Of a stretch of DNA of 64,000 nucleotides, positions 38,443-51,847 are shown piece after piece (position 1 is the stretch's first letter; every line of letters starts with the position of its first letter). The DNA lies in assembly GCF_001194135.2 (NCBI RefSeq), contig NC_069007.1, positions 1,641,729-1,705,728 of the forward strand, read 5' to 3'. Under the pieces are notes generated by a model that saw only the letters and a list, made by a program, of their open reading frames with translations, was not told where the DNA came from and did not search any database. The translations under genes and the position numbers were made by a program. This DNA is from Octopus bimaculoides (lineage: Eukaryota).

Positions 38443-38815
38443 AGGGAGACTTCACAAAAAAACAGCAGACGAAGACAGGTGGTGTAGAAAGCTAACAGAT
38501 GTATTAGTATAAAACGTGGTGAGCTGGCAGACTAGTTAGCACGCCGGGTAAAATACTTAACGGTATTTCGTCTGCCGCTACGTTCTGAGTTCAAATTCCG
38601 CCGAGGTCGACTTTGCCTTTCATCCTTTCGGGGTCGATAAATTCAGTTCCAGTTACGCACTGGGGGTCGATGTAATCGACTTAATCCCTTTGTCGGTCCT
38701 TGTTTGTTTAGCCCCTAGTGGGGAATAAAGAAATAAGATGTGTTAGTATAACGCTCGGGAATTGAAAAAGTCTTGAACGGTTTGAGCCTACGCCCCTCCG
38801 CATAAACAACATATG
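38443..38815 (-). mobile_element. Family H2 copy interrupted by a SINE
   Basis: 38443-38512 and 38736-38815 join into one sequence homologous to 41975-42110 (GACAGGTGGTGTA...TTAGTAT.ACGCTCGGGAA). Confidence 0.7.
38513..38735 (+). mobile_element. SINE family A with 16-bp TSD (1 mismatch)
   Basis: AGATGTATTAGTATAA (38497-38512) versus AGATGTGTTAGTATAA (38736-38751), with a full family A body between them. Confidence 0.9.
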
Positions 38816-39666
38816 TATACGTAAATATATATATGAATGTATATCTTTTACNNNNNNNNNNNNNNNNNNNNNNNNNNNNNNNNNNNNNNNNNNNNNNNNN
38901 NNNNNNNNNNNNNNNNNNNNNNNNNNNNNNNNNNNNNNNNNNNNNNNNNNNNNNNNNNNNNNNNNNNNNNNNNNNNNNNNNNNNNNNNNNNNNNNNNNNN
39001 NNNNNNNNNNNNNNNNNNNNNNNNNNNNNNNNNNNNNNNNNNNNNNNNNNNNNNNNNNNNNNNNNNNNNNNNNNNNNNNNNNNNNNNNNNNNNNNNNNNN
39101 NNNNNNNNNNNTATATGTGTGTTGTTGTACTTGGGGACGGTCATATTGCCAGTTTAGCCAATAAAAACACACGCACTGTATATTTGGTGTTAATTTGCTT
39201 CAGCTTTATATTACATTAATCTTAATCTTATTTCGGCCAGAGTTCTTTCGTCACACTTCTGTGACCTCATCAGTGGTCCTTTGTTTCCTTCCTTGTTATG
39301 TGTGTCTCACCTTGCTAACTATCAGCCATTATATATATATATATATATATGTATGTATATATGTATGTATGTATGTATGTAACCATCACTAAAATTGACC
39401 AAAGCTGCAGAAAGAATCCGCACTGCAAGAAATAAGTCATAGACACTTTAACCAGAGAAATTGTACGTTCTATTCAAATAGAACTTGTGTTTTCTACGGT
39501 TGAAGAGTATGTGACTGTTATTTCTAGCAATGCTGGAGCTCCGTGCATCCTTGCTCACTTTTTGGTTCGAAATTGTGTCCAGCCACCTTAATTATTACAC
39601 ATACGCACACGCACATATTTACACACACCCACACACACCGATATATATACATATATATATATATAT

Positions 39667-39707
<41 letters not shown>

Positions 39708-40761
39708 CATCTATAGATTTAGATAGATAGGTAGATGGATGGATATATGCATATGTGTGTATGTGTGTATGACCATATGATTGTGTTTGTCAAGCACCAC
39801 AGCCTGGTTGTGTTTATCTCCCTGTAATCTAGCGGCTTAGCAAAATAAAAATATAATATGCACGAAAGCTAGAAAATATTATTGTAGAGGATTTGTTCGA
39901 TAATCCTAATCCAGGCGGTGCTCCAGTATGGTTGCATTCCAGCGGCTGAAACACATAAAAGATAAGCATAACTTGTATAAATCTGGCGAATATCCTTTTG
40001 GAGAGTGACTTACTTCAGTGACTGTAATAAAAGAATTCTTGGTCACAGGTGAGATAAGAATGATTATAAGTCTTCCTATGAAAGCACACTCGCGGTTAAA
40101 CAACAGCAACAACAAAAGCAACAGCTAAATCCAAAGTAACAACTACAGAAACCAAACCAACAACAACAACAACTATTCTTACTGCACACAAACGCACATA
40201 CGCACCATTAATGGTGTGTTAGTACGAAAATGTTGAATACTGTTTATTAGCAAAGACAGTAATTTTCACTTATTTTCATGTTCTTTTCTCTGTTACGTAT
40301 CATTGATGTCATGTACAACATTTCCAATCTGGCATCTACGATATCGGCTGCACATTCTACAAGGGATTGCACGGCACCGTTCGATACGGACAGATATTTA
40401 GACTTGCATGCATAAATTGCTAATCGGAAACATAAAACATGTTCGATAAAGTTTCTAACACAAATCACTGCTGCAAAACATAAAGTAGTTTTTATTATTA
40501 TTAATAGCATCATTATTATTATTATAATTATTATTATTATTATTATTATGGTTGTTGTTTTTCCTATTAAAACATGGGCATGATGGAAAGATATTATTCA
40601 TATATATTTCGTTTTATATATACATGTGTGTGTGTGTGTGTGTGTATGGGTAATATGTATGTTCCTATAATATATATATATAGACATTTTACGCCCACAC
40701 AAATATATAGTGCATAATAATAATGATAATATATTTTATTAACCATATGTATTTAATATGT

Positions 40762-40792
<31 letters not shown>

Positions 40793-40912
40793 GAATATGT
40801 GTGTGTGTCTGTGGGCGTGTGTATATTTTATAATTTGAGTATTTTTCTTACAGATTATCACAACTACTATCATTATTGCCACTACTAATACTACTCCTCC
40901 TCCTCCTACTAT

Positions 40913-40957
<45 letters not shown>

Positions 40958-41372
40958 ATATGTTCAAGTTTCTGTATCATGTGCTTAATGCTTAAAAAAA
41001 CCCATTACCGATATTATAGTATACTTACGTTTTTGTAAATATAGAGACGTACACACGATCGCATGCGTTTTTGATTAAATTTATTTCCCCTCTTTATCAT
41101 AATTTCAGCATAAGTAAATAATCGTTATCTGATAGGATTTTTGGCTTTCGCTTTCTTTTATTTCGGCATTAAGACAGATTTGTTTCCATAATCTATCTAA
41201 GATATTCTTTATCTTACAACCTCGAGCTCACCTGTACTTTCGTGGCTTCTATCATAACGCGTGGTACAAACATGCTAAACATTATATCGATATTCTTTCC
41301 TGATGTTTGGCTTTAATTTTGCTATCAATAGCAATGCTTAGATAATTTTTATACTCTGTTTATATGTGTGAC

Positions 41373-41404
<32 letters not shown>

Positions 41405-41653
41405 AAGAGAGAGAGTGAGAGTGACAAAGATAGGTAGGTATATATAAATATAGATAGATTGATATACATATATCCTTAAAAATACACATCACACACATAT
41501 AAACACCAACATGCATGTATATATATATATATATATACATATACAAGTACATATTTGTGTTTGGATGTGTGTCAGTATGTATTTACATATATACGTATCT
41601 TTTCATAACTTTTATATATGCGTATATCTCTCAAGTTATGTACGCGTACCTCT

Positions 41654-41655
<2 letters not shown>

Positions 41656-41738
<83 letters not shown>
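41656..41738. repeat. (CA)n microsatellite
   Basis: Direct reading of the sequence. Confidence 0.95.
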
Positions 41739-41740
<2 letters not shown>

Positions 41741-41892
41741 TGTATATAGTCAAATATATAATGGAATGATGAAAATATATAGCTCTAAATACTAAATTCA
41801 TCAATCGCAGATGAACATCAGTTTAGAAACAAACATAGAGTACATATTTGAATGTGGGTGTGTATATGTGTGTGAATGTGTATTTTTATGCA

Positions 41893-41923
<31 letters not shown>

Positions 41924-41928
41924 ATATA

Positions 41929-41970
<42 letters not shown>

Positions 41971-41974
41971 GGAG

Positions 41975-42135
41975 AATATACAAATAATAACCACAGACAA
42001 GGACAGGTGGTGTAAATAACAAAAGTATATATTAGTATGACGCTCGGGAATACGGAAAGTCTTTGACGTTTCGAGCTACGCTCTTCAACAGAAAAACACG
42101 GAGAAAAAAAATTGAATAGTGTTCAGTCAACGGTC
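41975..42135 (-). mobile_element. Family H2 copy with hammerhead-like motif (42059-42097), between (TA)n tracts
   Basis: Reverse complement: GTTTTT-CTGTTGA-A-GAGC-gta-GCTC-GAAA-CGTC-AAAGAC. Confidence 0.7.
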
Positions 42136-42139
42136 AATC

Positions 42140-42175
<36 letters not shown>

Positions 42176-42556
42176 CAAAAAAAGCAACACGGACTTTGAA
42201 GTTTATTGCAGTACGCACCTTTCATATTACTAATTTATTTTAAGTAATGCAAGCATTACTTTAAATACAAAATGCAGACCGATTTTCAGCTGCACAAGGA
42301 TATAGAAAATTACAGCAGAATGGATATATTACTATTGTGGCAGCATTTAAAATCTAAGTGAGAAGAAGAATACCTAAATATCCATCTTGACATACCCAAG
42401 ACTAGCAGGCTAGTAATTAATTCTAGGTAGAGTTCTAACTGTCTCTGATTTTATCTAGTGGTTTAAAGTATAAGGGAGCAGTATATGGGTACAGGACGTC
42501 ATAAGACCCATATATGCATATATATATACATACATGTATGTATGTATGTATATATG

Positions 42557-42597
<41 letters not shown>

Positions 42598-42643
42598 ATC
42601 TGTCTATGTATCTTCTATCTGTCTATCTATCTCTCTCTCTCTC

Positions 42644-42680
<37 letters not shown>

Positions 42681-43724
42681 NNNNNNNNNNNNNNNNNNNN
42701 NNNNNNNNNNNNNNNNNNNNNNNNNNNNNNNNNNNNNNNNNNNNNNNNNNNNNNNNNNNNNNNNNNNNNNNNNNNNNNNNNNNNNNNNNNNNNNNNNNNN
42801 NNNNNNNNNNNNNNNNNNNNNNNNNNNNNNNNNNNNNNTATATATACTATAGAAACATTATAAGATTTGGAAGCCTTAACAAGGGATAATCGTGCAAGAC
42901 CCCATGGACTGCAACACCAATTTTGGAAGAATTCTGTCATATATTACGACTCAATTTGTACGAAAAAAACATCTTCTTCCTCTCCCTCTTTTTCTTCTTT
43001 ATTCCTCCCAACCTTGTTTTCATAGAACTCAATATGGTTCCACTTTCAATGATATACATTTGTTTATGATCTTCAACGAGCATATAAACTTATGTCAATC
43101 TGTGCAAATCTCATTTAAATTTTTGCAAACATTTGAATATTTCGTTGCTTAAACATGTTTTTTTTCCAAAGTTTACCTTGAAAATTTAAACTCTCCTAAA
43201 TACTTATCTAATCCTTTTTACTGTTGTTAAGCAAAAAATTGTTGAAAGAGGTTTGATATTTGAATAAATCTATTACAAAATTTTCCTATACTTTTCCTGT
43301 ATGGGGATACACTTTTTCTCTCCAAACACACGGACGCGTATGCGCAGATATATATATAGTGTGTGTGTGTGTGTGTGTGCCTGACATACAACTACCGAAA
43401 CTGGGAAATGCGAAAGTTGTTTGTCAATGAGGAGAGTAGAAGTGGCTAAAAAAGATTGGTACAGCTGTAAGCGTAGAATGCCTACAAAAAAAGCATCGCT
43501 CGAAACTACACAATTCTTCGCAGGGTTCCTGAAGCATTACCAGTAAACAAGTGTCACGTTAGTCTGCTGACAGCTGACTCATTCCATCATATGCAACAAA
43601 ATAACTTGAGTGTTTTCATCAAAAAATAACAATGATAATAATAACATTATATATGTACATATGCATAAAATTGCACCTACACACACATACGCACACACAC
43701 ATTTATATAGATATACACGTAAGT

Positions 43725-44019
43725 GCCACTTTGTCGCTTATAACGACGAGGGTTCCTGTTGAACCGATGAACGGAAGAGCCGACACATGATATTAACATA
43801 CAAAAGACTGAGTGGTCCTTAAACCAGCGTACCATTTCTCCTAGTTCCCAGGGTAATTCAGCCTGGCACAAACTGTGAGAAGGCTGATAGTTTGAAATAC
43901 AGATACAACTCATTTTGCCCTCTGAGTCAACTGAAGCAACGTGAAATAAAGAGCCTTGCTTTAAAACACGACGCACCGCTGTGAATCGAACATTATGATC
44001 GTGAGCCGGTTACCCTAAA

Positions 44020-44022
<3 letters not shown>
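43725..44022 (-). mobile_element. SINE with a family C-like 3' tail but a different head and core
   Basis: CGCTTATAACGACGAGGGTTCCTGTTGAACCGATGAACGG resembles 3217-3260. The head side has AGCAAGGCTCTTTATTTCACGTTGCTTCAGTTGACTCAG (reverse complement), which family C lacks. Confidence 0.6.
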
Positions 44023-44048
<26 letters not shown>

Positions 44049-44052
<4 letters not shown>

Positions 44053-44330
44053 AAATTAAGAGTAATGACCACCAAAAGTGGACTCCTATATGCTAGAAAT
44101 AGATGCCAAATCACCTAACCACGAAGAGTTACAAGAATTTTTTCCTTGAGAAAATATTCTTCGTGGTTAGGTGATTTGGCATCTATTTCTAGCATATAGG
44201 AGTCCACTTTTGGTGGTCATCCCTCTTAATTTTGTATGTAATATAATTTTAATCTTCGGATGTTTTTAAATATGCTAGGCCACTGGTTTTAATTGATTAA
44301 TATCAATTTCTACCCTCATTATCAAGCTCA
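44049..44330. mobile_element. Hairpin repeat family P, copy 1 (79-bp inverted arms, 30-nt loop, about 90-bp tail)
   Basis: Arms 44049-44127 and 44158-44236 are complementary at 77/79. Homologous to 55689-55962. Confidence 0.85.
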
Positions 44331-44752
44331 AGGTTGAATAAGCAAAAGCAGAGACCTGGTTTGTGGATATCCGTAATTGCATAATATTTTTATTTGTGTT
44401 GTTAAATGTTTTAATTCGGTCTGTTTTCCTCGCATACTGTTTTTCTCTGTTATATTGGTGCGCTACGGTGGATTATTTAAGACTTGGCTCTTATTTCTAG
44501 CAGGTAGATGCTCATTAAGCATCATTACGATATTTCATAGCTCGATAAAGCTATCTTAACTGCGTTCCACCAATGCTACTACTGGTGGTATCATCAAATT
44601 ATGAATTTATCCACAGATTATATGAACAGTAGTGACATCTAACTTCAAATCTCAGTGTTTGAATATTTCATTTAAATATATATATATATATATATAATAC
44701 AACTTATATAAGGGCATTACTATACAGTAATGCCTCACGCTTAGAGGGATTT

Positions 44753-44789
<37 letters not shown>

Positions 44790-45679
44790 TCTTATATGTA
44801 ATATATCTAGATAAACAGACAATCAGATATATAGACAGATACTCAGATTGATAGATAGATATATAAATAGAAAGATATATTTGTTTGGATCTTCACGTTG
44901 TTCTTACTTTATTATAAAATATAAATCTGTTCGTGTGTTCTTACATTCCTGTCGTTTCATTATCGATAGGTTACGTTTAATTTTCTGGGGTTTTTTCCCG
45001 GATTCTCTACCTCGTAATTCAGCAACTTATACGGCGTCGGATTCACCTATTTCTACTGTCAATGCTTGTTTGCTCAAGTTCAAAGATTTTTTCTTTCTTT
45101 TGTTTTTAATCAGATTTTGTTTCCTCTGTCTATTTTCTTGCAGTGAAAATAAACTTGTAGAATCAGTCCTGTTCTCTTTCTTACAAAATGTACTCACAAA
45201 ATAATGAGAATTGCAAAAAACGAAAACAAACCACCAGAACCCGTATTGAAACATAAATAATACAAACTAACCGTTCTTAACTTTTTAATGGCGTATATGT
45301 CGGATGCGTATAAAATTTCGCATACATTCCAAAGGAGACATTGTCACGGAAAGAGGCGTGATTTCCAATGATAAATGTAAATGAATATTTGCCTCACACT
45401 TGACCGAAAACAAGGTAATGGCTGTATCATATTGCAGTATAATCTGGAAAACTTATTGAAGAGACAATGCTTGGAATATGTTAATATTTTCCCAGTCAGC
45501 CTGTTCAAATATTTCTGTTTGCTTCGATATTATTTTGCTATTTGCAAGCCAAGCTTTTACAAATGTCTGCTATCGTGTTTCACAAACCATTTCCGCTCCC
45601 AGCTTACGTTTCATGAATTTGCTGTCCGTGGTATGAATTTCGACGATCAACAGGAGTAAATAATGAAAATAAGGACAAT

Positions 45680-45900
45680 AATAACAACGACAGCAACAAC
45701 GCAAGCAACCGCACCGATAATAAAACACAAACGACAACGAAAACAAACACAACTACAACAAAATGGCGGAAACGATAAAAACAAGAACGAGAACAGCAGT
45801 AATGGCAAAAAGCGACGACGACGATGATGACGACGACGATGATGATGAGCAGGAGGTGGAAGTGGGGGGAGCACGACGACGACGACTACGATGATGACAC
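45680..45900. repeat. Degenerate (CAA)n/(GAC)n tract
   Basis: Direct reading of the sequence. Confidence 0.8.
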
Positions 45901-46364
45901 TATTTCGCACAAGGATAGAAATTTTGATGGATTTTGACAGAGATTTTGATTACGTAGACTTCGGTCCTGAATACCAATATTTAATTTTATCGCACACATT
46001 TTGATGAAACGCAAAGTTGACCTATGCTAAGCAATTCATATACTCCAAAGCATTATCGAGTGCAACTCTATTATTATGTATTCTCGAAATGAGGGGTAGA
46101 TAGACAGCCAACAACTGATGAAGGGTCCTTTTTCTTTGTTTATTTCTCCTGTTTTCCACGTTTCATCGTTGTTTACGTATTTCATGTTATTTGCACTGTT
46201 GGTGACGTTCTGTGACCATATATGCAGGTATATATATATATATATATGGGGTTGTGGGTGTGCCTATATATATATATATATATATATAGATATATATAGA
46301 TATATGTATATAGATATATGTGTATATATATATATATATATAGATATATATAGATATATATAGA

Positions 46365-46397
<33 letters not shown>

Positions 46398-46884
46398 GCG
46401 AGTAAAAATAAATACAAAAAAAGGTGGATTTTTTTGTATGATTGTGTATAGAGGAATATATTATTTTGCTTAAAAGAGTTCCAACACTGTCTGTTTTTTA
46501 TGTTTTATTTATATTCCTGCAGAACTAATGTGGGGTATAGAATATGGAATATACAATATATAATATAATATACAATATATAATATAAAATAAAATAAAAA
46601 TGGATGGCACCATGAAATAAAGTATTGAATGTAGATGAAATATTGAGTGTTCAATATAAAGGATCAAATATATAAATATATAAATATAAATATATATATA
46701 TAAAGGCGACTCGAGTTTCAGGGCTATTTCCCTTCGTCATGGCCGGTATGACAGTCTTTAACAGTCTTTATAGATATATGTATATATATATAGATATATG
46801 TATATATATATAGATATATGTATATATATATAGATATATGTATATATATATAGATATATATATATAGGTGGGTGTATAGTATGG

Positions 46885-47215
46885 TCGCAGGCGTGGCTCG
46901 AACACATGGTTCCAGATTCATATCTGTCAAATGTCTTGTTCTATGGTTTCTGCCAACCAATGTCTTCTGAGTGGATTATGTAAATGGAAACGGAAACAAG
47001 AATCTCGTTTATGTGTATGTTTGTGTATGTCTTTGTCATATTGCAATGCTTGGAAAGCGGTGTTGGTGTGTTTACGTTCCCGTAACGTAGTGGTTCAGCT
47101 AAAGAGCGATAAAATGATTATTATCTTAAACACTGGTACTGATTCGTTGAAATAAAATACATCAAAGCAGTACCTGAGCATGGCCGCAGGGCCGCAGTCC
47201 AATGACTGAAAAAAG
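46885..47215 (+). mobile_element. SINE family B, diverged, near full length
   Basis: CGCAGGCGTGGC...ACATGGTTCC head, GTTTACGTTCCCGTAAC, and AGCATGGCCGCAG...AATGACTGAAA tail. Confidence 0.7.
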
Positions 47216-47253
47216 GAAGAGATAACAGATACATATACGTATATAAATACGCA

Positions 47254-47367
<114 letters not shown>

Positions 47368-48339
47368 CATATATATACACAATGTATGTATATATTGTAT
47401 GTGTGTGTGTATAAATATACATAAATTGAATATATATACATGCGTATGTGTGTGTGCTTTTTGCATATATATATATATGTGTGCGTGTGTGTGTGCATAT
47501 ATATATATATATACATATATATCTATATACATATAATGAGAGAGAGAGACATACAGAGACGGACAAAGAGAGGAAGAGAGAGAGGAGAGAATATACTTTT
47601 ATCCGTTGTATATTGTTTGTTCTTCATTCCTTATATATACACAAATACACACCAAAAATACACACCAAACATGCATGCGCGCGCACGCAAATAAAACACA
47701 AGAAAAACAAACACACGATGGCTGATATAAAAATTTAAATTTAACGTTCATTTTCGAAAATTAATTTCGTTCCTTGGCAATTTAGAATTTCCCTTCTGCT
47801 TTACCAAAGGGAAACATTATAAAAGAGTCTAAAGTCATTTAAGTCTATAACTTTCTGTGATGGATCTCATTTTCCAAAATCTTCTTCATATTTTGTGGTT
47901 TATATAAAACTATGAACACTATCTCAGAATACGGAAAGAGTGCATAGTTAAAATGACAATGGACGCACATCAGGAAAGCATTAATATGTAAACTGCATAG
48001 AAAAATGCTATTAAAAAATGCAATTGATTATTCTGAAATCACCATGGGTAATATAATAACGATGTGAGCTAGATCTTTAGAAAAAGGCCATATAACATAC
48101 AAAAAAAAATGTAAAATGTGTATAAATGCACAAATAAGTTTATATACAATATAATCCTCAGCATTTTATTTAAGTATATATGTAGAATATTGCGTATATT
48201 ATAGCCACACAGTTTATATTCCATAATTTCTCATATGCATACACATATACATAAACGTATATATACATACACTTACAAGCGGCCAATATCACCACATGCA
48301 AAAGACACACTCAAACTCACGTACGTGTGTGTGTGTGTG

Positions 48340-48379
<40 letters not shown>

Positions 48380-48840
48380 GTATATATATCCATGCATACA
48401 TACACAGACATATATGCTTAACTATTTATATACAATTATATTTACATATTTGTATGTGTATATATATGTATCAAAATACACATGTATGTAGTATGTATAT
48501 ATATANNNNNNNNNNNNNNNNNNNNNNNNNNNNNNNNNNNNNNNNNNNNNNNNNNNNNNNNNNNNNNNNNNNNNNNNNNNNNNNNNNNNNNNATATATAT
48601 ATATATATATATGCCTGATAGTATTTCTGATAATATTTGCGTGCATGTGTAGGATGAAAAGACGGTAGTTATTAATACGAAGTAATTTGAATATTAAATT
48701 GTATAGCACCAAAGGCTGTATAAACATTCCAATAAAGAACGACTAAAGCTACTTTATTATAAACACAAGCACACACAAAGACACACAAAAATCAACACCT
48801 ATACATATATATTCATATATATATATATATACATATATGC

Positions 48841-48872
<32 letters not shown>

Positions 48873-49459
48873 AAGTCTGTGTGTGTGTTTGTATACAGAT
48901 TGAGAAATATACATAGGATGGGAGAGATTATGTACATATATATACGCACACATAGGTATATTTATAAAAGCATGTATTTGTGTGAAGACGTATAACATGA
49001 GAAACACATGAGAACAATAGCATAATACAAAGGTGTCTTAATATTTCTTGCGGTCTTTATATGATATGATATGATATTATATTATATTATATTATATTAT
49101 ATTATATTGCATTGTATTATTTGTATATATTATATTACTTTATTTAGTCATTTATAGCCAAAGCGAGGAATCTTTTGTTTGAAATTTCTTGTTTATTTTA
49201 TCCCATGTTTTGACGAATAAAAGCAAAAAAAAAAACAAAAACTGTGTATAACACTCTTGATAATATCGCCATCATAATCGTCATCGTCGTCGTAACCATC
49301 ATCATAATCTGTTGAATATACAGACGCCCATATGAATGCACATACATAGTTCAACATACAATAAATACATATACATGTTATACACACAAACACACACAAA
49401 TATACACAAATGTTCTTACATAGGTATATCTCTTTTCCCCTCTCGCCAATTATACATGC

Positions 49460-49498
<39 letters not shown>

Positions 49499-49508
49499 NN
49501 NNNNNNNN

Positions 49509-49542
<34 letters not shown>

Positions 49543-50035
49543 GCATGCATACACATATGTATATATACATAAACACATACATATATACGCACACACGTAT
49601 ATATATGCATGTGTGTGTCGGTGTACGGAGTGACATCCTAATAGATGTGTATCTATACATGGCGGTTTATGTATAAATATGCATACATCCTCCGAGGTAT
49701 ATGTCAGTAGCCATATACATTCTTTTGAACCTCCCCCCAATTTGCGTTAGTTTTAATACAGATAATTTTAGCTATGATTATAATTTTTTACCTTGGGTTC
49801 ATACTTATTCAAACAGGAGTTATTTCTACACGTGCTTTCGTGTAGACCAAGAAATGCATTCTCAGATATATGTGTTACTTTTTATATTTGTATGTGAGGT
49901 TATGATGTATGGGTGTATTATTACAGGCACACGTAAATACTTACGAGTGGGTTGATAAACGAAAGAGAAAAGGGACTCAACACATTTAGTAGACATTACA
50001 TGTATTATTATTTTTTAAATAGTTTAATTCCGACG

Positions 50036-50392
50036 TCGAGAGTTCCAGTTGATCCGATCAACGGAACAGCCTGCTCGTGAAATTAACGTGCAAGTGGCTG
50101 AGCACTCCACAGACACGTGTACCCTTAACGTAGTTCTCGGGGAGATTCAGCGTGACACAGTGTGACAAGGCTGACCCTTTGAAATACAGGTATAACAGAA
50201 AGAGGAAGAAAGAGTGAGAGAAAGTTGTGGTGGAAGAGTACAGCAGGGTTCGCCACCACCCCCTGCCTGAGCCTCGTGGATCTTTAGATGTTTTCGCTCC
50301 ATAAACACTCACAGCGCCTGGTCTGGGAATCGAATCCGCTATCCTATCACCGCGAGTCCGTTGCCTTAACCACTGGGCCATTACACCTCCAC
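50036..50392 (-). mobile_element. tRNA-derived SINE, family C
   Basis: Reverse complement head GTGGAGGTGTAATGGCCCAGTGGTTAAGGCAACGGACTCGCGG...GATTCGATTCCCAG. Closely similar to 3215-3556. Confidence 0.9.
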
Positions 50393-51156
50393 ACCACTAC
50401 GGTAATGAGTAAGTAAATAAATAAATAATGTAATTAATAAACGTACGTATTTCTAATATATGAGACCCCTCAAATTTATATTGAGTAGATCAAATGAAAA
50501 ATTAAAGCATAAACAAAAATCCATTGGTCAAAATTTTCAGATAACCGCGTTCTATGGAGTACGCCTCGGTGATGGAAATACAACAACCTAGTGTAGAGGG
50601 AAATGGCGAGGGGGGGGGGGGGGTGAAGAGGAAAATAATTTAGGTGAAAACTATAAACTAAGGAGGGAGTACATCAAAGATCTCAACTAAAGGCATGGAA
50701 AAGGACCAATAAAAGTAATTATTAGTAAATTCTGACATTGTGACCCTCCCTCCTTATTTTATAACTTTCACTTCATTTATTTTCCTCTTCACCACACTCT
50801 CGTCACTTCTCTCCTTATATTAATTAATTTCTAACGTATTGAATCGAAACACCTGTCAGAGATGATGTTCAATCTTTTGTAATTAATAAATAACTATGTA
50901 TTTAATTATAAATATTTTCTTAAAATATATTTAAACCCCGGTTTATCCAATTACCTTGCAGTTGAATATTAATTGTAATATTCAACACCTTCTTGTAATA
51001 GCTAATAAACCAGTATATTCGTTGGATTTTATTATCCTTCAATGAGGCTTTTAACTTTTAATTGAACTTATATATATACAGAGAGAGAGAGGGCGAGAAT
51101 GAAATATATATATGTATACATGTATGTACATACATATATGTATATATTTGCATGCA

Positions 51157-51200
<44 letters not shown>

Positions 51201-51614
51201 CATACAGAGAGAGAGAGAGAATGCCAACGTAGAATATTATTGTGAGCCATTCAAGAACACAAAAAAAAACGTTTGTGTCACTTCAACATTCAATTTTCAT
51301 TTGTATCCAAATATGTTCATCGTTTTGGAACCGCGACCTTTTCACTGACAAATCTTGGCGGTGCACCTGGGAGAGTAACAGTTAGTTCATGATATATATG
51401 GATTGATGTATGTATGCATACATATACGTATGTATGTATGTATGTATGTATGTATGGGAGCATTTCGTATGTAAGTGTAGACGTGTCTGCGTGTGTATAT
51501 AGGTGTATGTACATCCAAATGTGTGCTTATGTACTGTAATGTATGTGTGTTCAAGTTATATATATAACTGTTACTCCGTCGAAGTTTGTATGTATATAAT
51601 TTCCTTTCACCACC

Positions 51615-51847
51615 GTCTAAGGGTAAATACATACAATGTCTTAGATACATACATGCAAATATAAACATACCACTATTTATGTAGAAGCACACACCATCAC
51701 ATAAACACGTATACACACATGTATACGTGTAAGATTATACGTATGTGTGTGCATACGTGTTTATGTGATTGTGTGTGCTTGTACATAAGTGCAGGTGTGT
51801 TTAAATTTGCATGTATGCATCTAAGGCGTATCTATTCAACCTTAGAT

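Noticed and set aside
44255-44330. Hammerhead in the tail of hairpin family P (reverse complement ATTGAT-ATTA-ATCAAT stem)
   Set aside because: Neither copy has CUGANGA or GAAA in register.
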